Of a stretch of DNA of 64,000 bases, positions 1 to 7,996 are shown piece after piece. Position 1 is the stretch's first letter; every line of letters starts with the position of its first letter. The notes under the pieces are model-generated. The model saw nothing but the letters and a program-made list of their open reading frames with translations, searched no databases and was not told where the DNA came from. The DNA is taken from assembly GCA_963717145.1 (NCBI GenBank), contig OY970325.1, positions 4,672,001 to 4,736,000 of the forward strand, given 5' to 3'. The DNA is from an uncultured Armatimonadetes bacterium. Its GTDB lineage: Bacteria; Armatimonadota; UBA5829; DTJY01. Made by a program: the position numbers and the translations under genes.

Positions 1-228
1 CTCGATGGCCGAGTTGTAGTACGCATCCCCTCTCTTGCGAACCTGCACGATCAGCGCGTTCACGTTGGCCGCCTTTGCGGCGGTCACCATCTGGGTCACC
101 TCCTGGTGGGTCTTGAACCCCGGATGGAACGCATCGACGTACAAGCCTCGGAATTCGGCCGCCCGCGCCGGGAGCAGACCCGCCAGGGCTGCAATGACCG
201 CGAGCGCGAGAAGAAACCTGAACCGCAT
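1..228 (-). CDS. Family 10 glycosyl hydrolase-like (GHL10/DUF187) secreted protein, 5' part (runs off window)
   Basis: My translation from ATG at 228: MRFRFLLALAVIAALAGLLPARAAEFRGLYVDAFHPGFKTHQEVTQMVTAAKAANVNALIVQVRKRGDAYYNS. Signal peptide plus the EFRG...N.liVQVR..GDA.Y motif; GAGGT RBS upstream. Not in the ORF track. Confidence 0.8.
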   Translation of the reverse strand, partial: MRFRFLLALAVIAALAGLLPARAAEFRGLYVDAFHPGFKTHQEVTQMVTAAKAANVNALIVQVRKRGDAYYNSAIE

Positions 229-361
229 ACCTCATACCTCCTTCGCGTAGTTTGCGGGAGCGCTGATAATCCCAGCTTCGACGTGTAACCTTAAACTCCT
301 GCTCAGTATAGACGGAAATGAACAGGCGCAGGTTACGGGTGTCTGCGCTATTCTTTCTCCC

Positions 362-982
362 CTACCTGCGAAACATCCCCACGGTGAGCTGCCCGGGGTG
401 GACGCTCGTGACGTGGCCGTCCGCGAATAGCACGTCCGTCTGGTCGAGGTGAGTCGGGTTCATCGCATCCCCGGTGGGCGGCTCGTCGGAGTCGCGGTCG
501 TACACCGTGACCGCCGGGTCCTCATCCTCATCGCAATCGGGGACGACGAACGAGGAGTCGTTCACCAGCGCATCGAGCAGGATCACAGTGCCGGATGGGT
601 CGTCCACCGACGCTTCGGGGAGGCTCATCAGCCACGCGTTCATCTCATAGCTGAGGAGCTTCTTCGGGGCGTCGGGATCGGACATGCAGGAGTAGACGGC
701 CTTGTTCCTCAGGTAGGAGTACAGGCCGCCGGTGGAGACATCGAACGGCGGCACCGGCGGGCTCGCGTTCGTCGCCCAGTTCGAGGCGGGGTAGAGCCCG
801 TTGTAGTCCTCGTAGTAGAGGGTCATCGCCATCCCGAGCTGGCGCAGGTTGCTCAGGCACGAGACCTGGCGTCCCTTCGCCCTCGCGGTGGCGAATACGG
901 GGAAGAGCATCGCGGCCAGGATCGATATGATCGCGATGACGACGAGAAGCTCGATGAGAGTGAAACCCCTGCGGTACTTCAT
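362..982 (-). CDS. Prepilin-type N-terminal cleavage/methylation protein (DUF1559, H-X9-DG C-terminal motif)
   Basis: MKYRRGFTLIELLVVIAIISILAAMLFPVF...CLSNLRQLG; C-terminal HLDQTDVLFADGHV. Confidence 0.92.
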   Translation of the reverse strand: MKYRRGFTLIELLVVIAIISILAAMLFPVFATARAKGRQVSCLSNLRQLGMAMTLYYEDYNGLYPASNWATNASPPVPPFDVSTGGLYSYLRNKAVYSCMSDPDAPKKLLSYEMNAWLMSLPEASVDDPSGTVILLDALVNDSSFVVPDCDEDEDPAVTVYDRDSDEPPTGDAMNPTHLDQTDVLFADGHVTSVHPGQLTVGMFRR

Positions 983-1264
983 GGCGAACCTCCCCCGGGG
1001 GCACATTCATGTCCCCTAAGCATAGATCTTTCCAACGGGAGGTTTTTGCCGGGCGTGTTTCACTTATTAGACTAGTTGACTTGCGGCCATTGTTCCAGAG
1101 GCGGGGAAACACGAATCGCACGAATGGACGAATAATGGGGAAGGATCAGGTGATCCACGGTCGGAAGAGATGATCATCAGGCGGTAGGTCATGCTGTGGC
1201 GGGACCGGTCACGAATGGGGATTCGAATGTGGGCGGAATGGGGGCTAGAGGAATATCGGTGCAT

Positions 1265-1334
1265 GTAGGGGCGAAGCATTGGCTACCGCAAGCCAGCACT
1301 TGTCGGATATCGGAAGCCAATGCTTCGCCCCTAC
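1265..1334. repeat. GTAG-type REP-like palindrome, family A (GTAGGGGCGAAGCATTGGC...GCCAATGCTTCGCCCCTAC)
   Basis: 19-bp inverted arms. A second copy lies at 13546-13611. It supplies the TAG stop of the gene at 1331-2569. Confidence 0.85.
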
Positions 1335-2569
1335 TTCTTCGGTGGGAAGAGCTTGCCGGCCACGATGTCGCCCACGTCCTTGTCATTGATGTTCCTTGGA
1401 GGCGCGCCGCTGTCGTCCTTGCCGTTGATGTTCCTTGGAGGCGCCCCGCCGTTGTCCTTGCCGTCGGGGCCGACGCTGTAGAGCAGGTAGCCGTTCCCCG
1501 CTCGCTTGTACTTCAGTGGCTTGCCGGTGAACTCGTCCGTGGTGTCGATGCCGTAGGACTTCAGACCGGCGAGGCTGTCGGGATACGCGCCGCGCTCCAA
1601 CTCGTATGACCTGAGCGCGATCATCAGCTTGAGGATCTGCTCTTTGGTTGAGGTCAGACTCGTTCTCGTGATGAGGTCGAAAGAGGGAGTCGCGAAGGCA
1701 GACCCTATGGTCTGCGGCTCGGGCGGCGGCTTCCTGAGATAGAATGGCTTGGACAGTTCGTCCCCCAGCGCCTGCATGTATGATTCGTAGTCCTCGCGTG
1801 ACGACCGTCCCCGCCCGAACAGACGGTCGATGAGCGGAGGAAACGGCTCGCCCATGGGCTTGCCGCTGTCATCCTTGATGGTGCCTTCCTGCAGTTCCTT
1901 GATGAAGGCCAATCCCATGGCCTTATCCCACTCCAGAGTCTGATGGAGCAGCGGCTCTCGGGCATCCGCCTTGCCGAGTTCCTTGAGCACATATCGGCAC
2001 TCGGAGGAGTCGAGCTTCGGGTAGATCGACTCCAGCCCTCTGAACCCGGTTTCAGAGACGGCGCGTCCGACCAGCATATGAATCACCGAGCCGCCGCTCG
2101 GCATCAGCGCGCCGAACCGCCGGGCGTCGAGGAAGCTCTCGACCGCGCCGGAGAGATCGCCGCCGGATGCCTTCAGTCGCCCCTCCATGAGCAACAGCTT
2201 GCCGATATCCCGGTAGCCTTTCAGATACCGGAACTCCTCATCCCAGCGCTTCACCTGCGGGGTCATGTAGTCCTTGGGTAGTGCCTCGCGCACCAGATCG
2301 AGCGACGGACGGTTGAGCTTCACCAGTGCGGCTGCCTGTCGAGGTTGTTTGGCGACATCCAATCGGTCGAGCTTGTCGGTGTCCTTCAGGAGTGACGCCG
2401 CCCGCACGCAGTCATCGAAGCCGTTGTCCGCCGGCAGCGGGGGTGGGGGAGGGATGACGATCGGGGGCAGCGGACGGCTCAGATACGCGCCGCCGATTAT
2501 CACCACCGCGATCACCAGCACTATCAGCGCCCCGACTATGATCCCGCAAGTGACAAAGGTCTTCTGCAT
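1331..2569 (-). CDS. Membrane-anchored hypothetical protein with pseudopilin (GspG-like) C-terminus
   Basis: Likely start MQKTFVTCG after GGAGG; N-terminal TM helix; ALRSYELERGAYPDSL...D.FTGKPL.Y...YLLYSVGPDGKDNGG. Confidence 0.7.
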   Translation of the reverse strand: MQKTFVTCGIIVGALIVLVIAVVIIGGAYLSRPLPPIVIPPPPPLPADNGFDDCVRAASLLKDTDKLDRLDVAKQPRQAAALVKLNRPSLDLVREALPKDYMTPQVKRWDEEFRYLKGYRDIGKLLLMEGRLKASGGDLSGAVESFLDARRFGALMPSGGSVIHMLVGRAVSETGFRGLESIYPKLDSSECRYVLKELGKADAREPLLHQTLEWDKAMGLAFIKELQEGTIKDDSGKPMGEPFPPLIDRLFGRGRSSREDYESYMQALGDELSKPFYLRKPPPEPQTIGSAFATPSFDLITRTSLTSTKEQILKLMIALRSYELERGAYPDSLAGLKSYGIDTTDEFTGKPLKYKRAGNGYLLYSVGPDGKDNGGAPPRNINGKDDSGAPPRNINDKDVGDIVAGKLFPPKK

Positions 2570-2591
2570 TCTATCCTCCGGGAACAAACGC

Positions 2592-2999
2592 CTACTCGAG
2601 CCCGTCGATGCTCCGGGTGAGCCAGAGAGAACACTGCGCCACGAAGTCTCGGGTCTGAACGAGCCATGGCTGCACGTCGCCCGAATCGAATTCGATGAGG
2701 TCCCTATAGTCGCTTTCCTGCCGGCGGTCGAACATATCGTGGTAGAGCCTCCCCATCTCACGCGGGAGGACGCCCGTCTTGATGAAGTGTCGATCAAAGA
2801 GCGCGACCACGCCGCTGTGCTTCGCGGAGGAATGCCCCTGGGAGTAGAGCAGAGCGGAAACCGCATAGAAACAGGCGTAGTAGAGCCGGTTCACTGCGGC
2901 CATGGTGAACCCGCCGGATATGAGCAGTTCGGCTTCTCCAACCGCGCTGTTAGCCCTGAAAAGGCGATGCTTGATGTACTCGATCTCCATCGAGGTCAC
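2592..2999 (-). CDS. HEPN domain protein (MNT-HEPN pair)
   Basis: NRLYYACFYA...KHSGV...F...FIKTG...RQESDY; GTG start overlaps the TGA of the upstream gene. Confidence 0.88.
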   Translation of the reverse strand: MTSMEIEYIKHRLFRANSAVGEAELLISGGFTMAAVNRLYYACFYAVSALLYSQGHSSAKHSGVVALFDRHFIKTGVLPREMGRLYHDMFDRRQESDYRDLIEFDSGDVQPWLVQTRDFVAQCSLWLTRSIDGLE

Positions 3000-3352
3000 A
3001 GGAGCACCCCATCCCGTTCGATGTTTCTGCGATACGGGCTCGCCGCGGTTACCGGGGCATCCCATTGTTCGCGGGTATAGAACATCAGCGACAGAACGAC
3101 TTCGCGCGCGATCTCCAGGTCGTAGACCGCATCGCGAATCCTGTCTTCCTGTGCACGGGAGAGAGGCTCGGGCAGGAGCACGAGGATATCATAGTCGGAT
3201 TCAGGACCGGCATCACCCCGGGCAGCGCTTCCATAGAGGAGAATTGCGGCGTCGGGGATGAGCGCGAGCACCTTCTGCTTCAGATCGAGCAGGAGTCGCT
3301 TGTCTACGGGTCGGATTGTGAGAGCCTCTTCCAGATGCTTCATCTCATGCAT
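2996..3352 (-). CDS. Minimal nucleotidyltransferase (MNT)
   Basis: LYGSAARGDAGPESDYDILV motif; ends NIERDGVLL; GGAGGA RBS. Confidence 0.9.
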   Translation of the reverse strand: MHEMKHLEEALTIRPVDKRLLLDLKQKVLALIPDAAILLYGSAARGDAGPESDYDILVLLPEPLSRAQEDRIRDAVYDLEIAREVVLSLMFYTREQWDAPVTAASPYRRNIERDGVLL

Positions 3353-3420
3353 TCCTCCGGGCCATGGTGCAGTCACATATTATGCGGGTCCGGGCGGAAT
3401 TGTCAAGGAGCACTTCTCTG

Positions 3421-4356
3421 CTATCCTCCCGGCAGGAGCTTCTCCGCGCCCTCGGGCGACTTCCACTTGCTCTTGGGGTTGTAGTGCTTCCAGACCATCT
3501 CGGCGAGGGTGCGGATCGCGACCGAGCCCTCGTTGTTGTGCGACCAACTCTGATCCTGCTGCTCCTTCGTGTAGACAGCGAGGACGTACTGCCCGCCCGG
3601 ACTGTCGACCACCGCCACATCGGATTTCGACTGGTTGATCGCCCCGCTCTTCGCGGCCGTATGAATGTCCGGCGGCACGGTGTAGAGGATGCAGTCGTCC
3701 CAGTACTGATGAGTCAGTACCCGAAGCATCCGGTCGCACGATGCGGTGCTGCCCGCCTTCTTGTCGACGATCAGCTCGAACAGCTTGACCATCTCGTTGG
3801 GGCATGTCATCCCGAGCCCCCACTTCTGCTGGAGCGGTCTGAGCCCGAGTTCGTCGCACTTCTTGCCGTTGAGCAGCTTGGTGGTCTTGAACCCATGCGC
3901 GTCGAGCCAGTCGTTCACGTTCTTCTGGCCGAGGTGCTCGCGGAGAAGCATCGTCGCGGTGTTGTCGCTCACGGTGATCATCAGGTGGACCCACTGGCAG
4001 AGCGGGAGCTTCGTGCCCTCCTTGAAGTAGCAGGCGAACCCGCCCTCTTGGCGGTCGTCGTCCTTCGGCTGGACCTCGATCGGGTCGTTCCAGCCGACTT
4101 TGCCCTGCTCGATCTGGTGCATCGCCTCGCACATGATCGTGGTCTTGATCGTGCTGGCGGTCGGGAAGGTCTCGTCGCCCCGAAGTTCGATCCGCTCGTC
4201 CGGCTTGCCCCGGTAGTGGAGGCTGTATCCGAGCGTGCCGTGGAATCCCTCGGCCACCTTGTCCATTCTCGCCTTCAGCTCGGCGAGCGTCTCGGCGGAT
4301 GCGGATACCGCGCAGATCAGAATGCCGATCAGGAACATGATGCATTGTCGTCGCAT
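3421..4356 (-). CDS. Secreted serine hydrolase of class A beta-lactamase fold
   Basis: Signal peptide; STIK (SxxK), SDN and KSG motifs. Confidence 0.88.
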   Translation of the reverse strand: MRRQCIMFLIGILICAVSASAETLAELKARMDKVAEGFHGTLGYSLHYRGKPDERIELRGDETFPTASTIKTTIMCEAMHQIEQGKVGWNDPIEVQPKDDDRQEGGFACYFKEGTKLPLCQWVHLMITVSDNTATMLLREHLGQKNVNDWLDAHGFKTTKLLNGKKCDELGLRPLQQKWGLGMTCPNEMVKLFELIVDKKAGSTASCDRMLRVLTHQYWDDCILYTVPPDIHTAAKSGAINQSKSDVAVVDSPGGQYVLAVYTKEQQDQSWSHNNEGSVAIRTLAEMVWKHYNPKSKWKSPEGAEKLLPGG

Positions 4357-4411
4357 GGAGTGCTCCTTGTCAGTCGAGAATCCAGAACATCGAACCCGTG
4401 GGGAACGTGCA

Positions 4412-4876
4412 TCAGCGAATCGGGATACCGTAGACCAGCAGCTTGTCCCTGTTGGTCGGGCCACCGCTCACCGAGCGATATTCCAGGGAGTACTCAATAA
4501 CACTTCCCTTGCTATTCTGCCATTGAGCAATCCAGCGCTGGACATCCTCCTCGGGCTTCGTCGTTCCGTCAACGAAGAACACCCAACCTCTAACATGCGA
4601 AGACGGCAGGCCAGGGTTCAGGACATCGTCCCTCAGAGGCTTATAGCCAAGAGCATCTAAGCGATCAGAGATCTCCTTCAGTGCAGCATCTGCCGGATAC
4701 GGCTGATTCACTTCATACCGAATCTGTCTCGAGCCGCCGACAACGCTGTAGTGTACGTCCTTGGCGCCCTTCACAACTATCAACGCCTTCGGATCCTGCT
4801 TCGCACATCCGCCGAGGATCATAGCCGCTGCCAGCACAGCCCACGAGAATCGACTCTTACGCGATAGCATAATCAT
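4412..4876 (-). CDS. Hypothetical lipoprotein (paralog of 44815-45351)
   Basis: Lipobox ILGGC; GGAGGAGG RBS; shares PYPA..ALK.ISDRLD.LG.KPL...PSSHV.GW with the 44815 gene. Confidence 0.7.
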   Translation of the reverse strand: MIMLSRKSRFSWAVLAAAMILGGCAKQDPKALIVVKGAKDVHYSVVGGSRQIRYEVNQPYPADAALKEISDRLDALGYKPLRDDVLNPGLPSSHVRGWVFFVDGTTKPEEDVQRWIAQWQNSKGSVIEYSLEYRSVSGGPTNRDKLLVYGIPIR

Positions 4877-4890
4877 TGCCTCCTCCGAAT

Positions 4891-7410
4891 TCACTTTCTC
4901 TTATAGACAATCACGGCTGCTTCCGGTTGCATTCTGAGCGTGACGAGATAGCCCGTCTCCATCAAGTCCTTCCCGGTCGCCTCGATGGTTTCCTTCGAGT
5001 CGAAGCTCGACACCTTGTACCGCGCCTCGGGATCGAGGCCCTGGAGCTTGAAGCGCGCCAACTCATAGGCGCTGTTCGGACGACGGAACGCCTGCACCAT
5101 CCCCGCGCCGAGGTCCGGGCGGTCGAACTGCCAGGCCATCCACTGGTCGTACTCCAGCGAATACTTCGTGAGCGGGTAGAAGTCGCCGTAGTAGTAATCG
5201 ACCACCTGCCGCCACTCGCCGATCAGCTTCCGAAGGAGCGGCCAGTCGATGTCCGTGCGCCGCACGTCCGGGCCGAGCGTCGTGTTCGGGCACATCGTGC
5301 TCCGGAAGATGTAGGTATCGAACTTGATGAACCCTGTGCCGTAGAACGGCAGCCATGACGCCAGCCCGTAGGTGTGGCACTGCTCGCCGACGGGATCGAA
5401 GATGTAGTCGCTTCGGAGCAAGGGCACGCTCCGGCGCATCGTCTCCAGGTCGTTCCGATGCCCGCCGGACGCGCAGGAGTCGATCAGCATGTCGGGCCGC
5501 CTGTGCCGAAGCTCGTCCCAGAATGCGAGGTAGCCGGTTACGTAGTGGTTCTCGGTGATTCCCTGGCGATTGGCGGCGTCGTTTGCGCGCCAGTAGGAGA
5601 GCGGATCGACGTTGTAGTCCTGGCGGTAGGCGTCGATGCCCTGCTCGGTCATCAGCTTGTCGGTGTGATCGGTCACCCACTTGCGGGCCTCAGGATTGCC
5701 GAGGTCGAGGAGTTTCGTCCCGCCGTCCGCGCCGAGCAGCCACTCGGGATGAGTGTCGTAGAGCCATGAACCCGGCGTGACGCGCTCCGGCTCGAACCAG
5801 ACCATCGTCTTGATTCCCCGCTCTCTCGCATAGTCGCTCACCGCGCGGAGGCCGCCGGGGAAGCGCGTCTTATCGACCTCCCACGTGCCGACGCTCGACC
5901 AACTGCCCTTGTTCGGATACCAGCCGGCGTCCATCCACCAGTAGTCCGGCTTGATCCCGTTCTCCAGATAGCGGTCGAGGAAAAGGATCTCGTCCTTCTC
6001 GTTGCATAGCAGGCCGGGGAAATGGTTGCCGCTGACCTCGGGCATGATCGGCTGAGGGAGCTTGCCGCCGTATCGGGGCAGGCTGTGCGCGATCATCCAG
6101 CGCCGCCAGATGTTCTGCGAGCGGACTGGGTCGCCCGTGTAGAATTGCAGGACGATGAGCGGCGTCCGGATCTCCTCCCCGGGATGGAGTGTCAGCTTTG
6201 TCAACTCCTGGCCGGCCTTGATGCGCAGGCCCCCGAATCGCGTTGGGGAGGGAGTTGGACTCCCTCCCCTGACCTGGTCATCGGGGAGGGAGTCCAACTC
6301 CCTCCCCAACGCGATTGGGGTGAACTCCGCCGCCCACTGACCGGGCCAACCGACGACGGCGATCATCCCCTGGTTCTCCCACTGGAGGTTGAAGTAGGGG
6401 AAGACGACCCCGAGCGGGCGACCTCCCGGCGGCGCGAACCGGATGCTCTCTCCCGACTCAAGCTTCGTTTCGAGCGGCTCGAAGTCGCGTGGAGTGACGG
6501 TCGTCCCGGCATGGTGGTGGAGGATGAAGTCGCCCTGACCGGTCCTCTCCAGGCGTAGGTCGAGGGCCTGGATATCGGATATGACCGGAGTGTCCGATTC
6601 GCCGGTGTTCTTGAGGTAAAGTGTCCACTCCACGGTCGGGAAGTCGGTGTATTCGATGCCGACGCACCGCACCTGCAGGCCCTTCGGCTCGGTGTAGATC
6701 AGTGTGTGCTGGATGCGGTTGTCGTCGAGCTTCTTAGAGGCGCGCTCGACTTTCCATGCCTTCGGGTCGAACGGCTTGCCGTCGTAGATGAACGAGAACG
6801 GCGGGTCTGATGTGAGCGCTGAGCCCTTCCCACCGAACGGCAGGTCCCCGAGCCGGATCGACTTGCCGTTCTCCAGGGTGACCGCCGCATCGGCCCAGTC
6901 GGCCTGGTCGCTCGTGATGCCGTCGCCCGCGTCACCGACCGCCAGCACGAACTCGGTCGCGCCATGGAGGTCGACGCTGATCGGCAGCGGGGAATCCCCG
7001 ATGTGCCGCACGCCGGAGTTGAACGCCTCTTTGCTCGCCACGCTCACCGAGAAGACGACGCTCCCACCGCCCGCGCGGGCATCGACGCCGATCACCGACG
7101 CGAACTCCCGGCCCGGCGACGGGAGGCGCACGACGACCCGGCTCGGCGCATGGCAGTAGAGGCCGTGCTGGAAATTCCTGCTGCCGATCCTCAGCGGCTC
7201 GTTCCCGCGAGCGTTCAACTGCACCGGCCCGTGGTTTTCGAGCACGAGCAGCCCGGCCTCCAAGGCCTCCTTTGGCTGCACCCCCTGAAACTTCGCCACC
7301 GCCCACTGATGAGCGGTCTGCATCTCGCCCTTCGTCGGCTCCATCGCATACGATGTCTGCGCAATAGTCATGAGCGCGATAACCCCCGTGATCAGTCTGA
7401 CTATCTTCAT
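4891..7410 (-). CDS. GH36-like alpha-galactosidase with NPCBM/NEW2 domain
   Basis: WWMDAGWY, RFPGGL, WFEPERV, YRQDYN and IDSCASGG.RND motifs; NPCBM segment GDGITSDQADWADA. Confidence 0.88.
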   Translation of the reverse strand: MKIVRLITGVIALMTIAQTSYAMEPTKGEMQTAHQWAVAKFQGVQPKEALEAGLLVLENHGPVQLNARGNEPLRIGSRNFQHGLYCHAPSRVVVRLPSPGREFASVIGVDARAGGGSVVFSVSVASKEAFNSGVRHIGDSPLPISVDLHGATEFVLAVGDAGDGITSDQADWADAAVTLENGKSIRLGDLPFGGKGSALTSDPPFSFIYDGKPFDPKAWKVERASKKLDDNRIQHTLIYTEPKGLQVRCVGIEYTDFPTVEWTLYLKNTGESDTPVISDIQALDLRLERTGQGDFILHHHAGTTVTPRDFEPLETKLESGESIRFAPPGGRPLGVVFPYFNLQWENQGMIAVVGWPGQWAAEFTPIALGRELDSLPDDQVRGGSPTPSPTRFGGLRIKAGQELTKLTLHPGEEIRTPLIVLQFYTGDPVRSQNIWRRWMIAHSLPRYGGKLPQPIMPEVSGNHFPGLLCNEKDEILFLDRYLENGIKPDYWWMDAGWYPNKGSWSSVGTWEVDKTRFPGGLRAVSDYARERGIKTMVWFEPERVTPGSWLYDTHPEWLLGADGGTKLLDLGNPEARKWVTDHTDKLMTEQGIDAYRQDYNVDPLSYWRANDAANRQGITENHYVTGYLAFWDELRHRRPDMLIDSCASGGHRNDLETMRRSVPLLRSDYIFDPVGEQCHTYGLASWLPFYGTGFIKFDTYIFRSTMCPNTTLGPDVRRTDIDWPLLRKLIGEWRQVVDYYYGDFYPLTKYSLEYDQWMAWQFDRPDLGAGMVQAFRRPNSAYELARFKLQGLDPEARYKVSSFDSKETIEATGKDLMETGYLVTLRMQPEAAVIVYKRK
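6231..6320. repeat. REP-like doublet, family C (GGGGAKGGAGTTGGACTCCMTCCCC), inserted in-frame in the GH36 gene
   Basis: Nested palindrome; an intergenic copy lies at 17448-17530. Confidence 0.9.
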
Positions 7411-7434
7411 TCCGTGGTCTCCAATCCGTCGGTA

Positions 7435-7538
7435 CCCAGATGCTTCGGTAGCAGAGGCCTGGCGGCGCTACCGAAGCCCCTCGGAGCTAGACCGATGCTT
7501 CGGTAGCGCCACCGGGTTCTGCTACCGAAGCATCTGGG
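7435..7538. repeat. REP-like doublet, family E (GATGCTTCGGTAGC...GCTACCGAAGCATC)
   Basis: Two inverted palindromic units; a near-identical doublet lies at 7896-7992. Confidence 0.88.
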
Positions 7539-7548
7539 TTGTGCTGTC

Positions 7549-7878
7549 TCACTGCGGCTTCATCCCCATCGCGAAGAGCGCCATGCCGACCGACACGAGC
7601 GCCATCCCACCATACTGGACCGGCGAGACACCCACGCGGAAGATGAGCAGGAGCGCGATCTGTGCGCACAGGAATCCGCCGCCGGTGCCGAGTCCGAGCG
7701 CGATCGCCGGGTTCATCGACTTGTACAGGAGCATCAAGAGCCAGATGCTCGACGCGCCGAACACGTTGCCCGCGATGAAGCCGAACAGCCAGCGCGAGGG
7801 CGTCAGGCTGCCATACTTGAACAAGACCTGCGCCGTCGCCTGCATCAACCAGAATGCCACCATCCACACGATACTCAA
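7549..7878 (-). CDS. Small 4-TM membrane protein (SMR/DMT-like transporter)
   Basis: Likely TTG start after GGAGGT; ~109 aa with four hydrophobic helices; AQVLFKYG. Confidence 0.65.
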   Translation of the reverse strand: MSIVWMVAFWLMQATAQVLFKYGSLTPSRWLFGFIAGNVFGASSIWLLMLLYKSMNPAIALGLGTGGGFLCAQIALLLIFRVGVSPVQYGGMALVSVGMALFAMGMKPQ

Positions 7879-7895
7879 TGTCGGTACCTCCACTC

Positions 7896-7992
7896 GATGC
7901 TTCGGTAGCAGAGGCCTGGCGGCGCTGCCGAAGCCCCTCACTCGACCGATGCTTCGGCAGCGCCGCCAGGCCTCTGCTACCGAAGCATCTGG
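7896..7992. repeat. REP-like doublet, family E (second copy)
   Basis: Same arms as 7435-7538. Confidence 0.88.
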
Positions 7993-7996
7993 CGCG

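Noticed and set aside
3421-4356. True class A beta-lactamase resistance gene
   Set aside because: SxxK, SDN and KSG are present, but there is no recognisable ExxLN omega-loop motif; more likely a PBP-like serine hydrolase.
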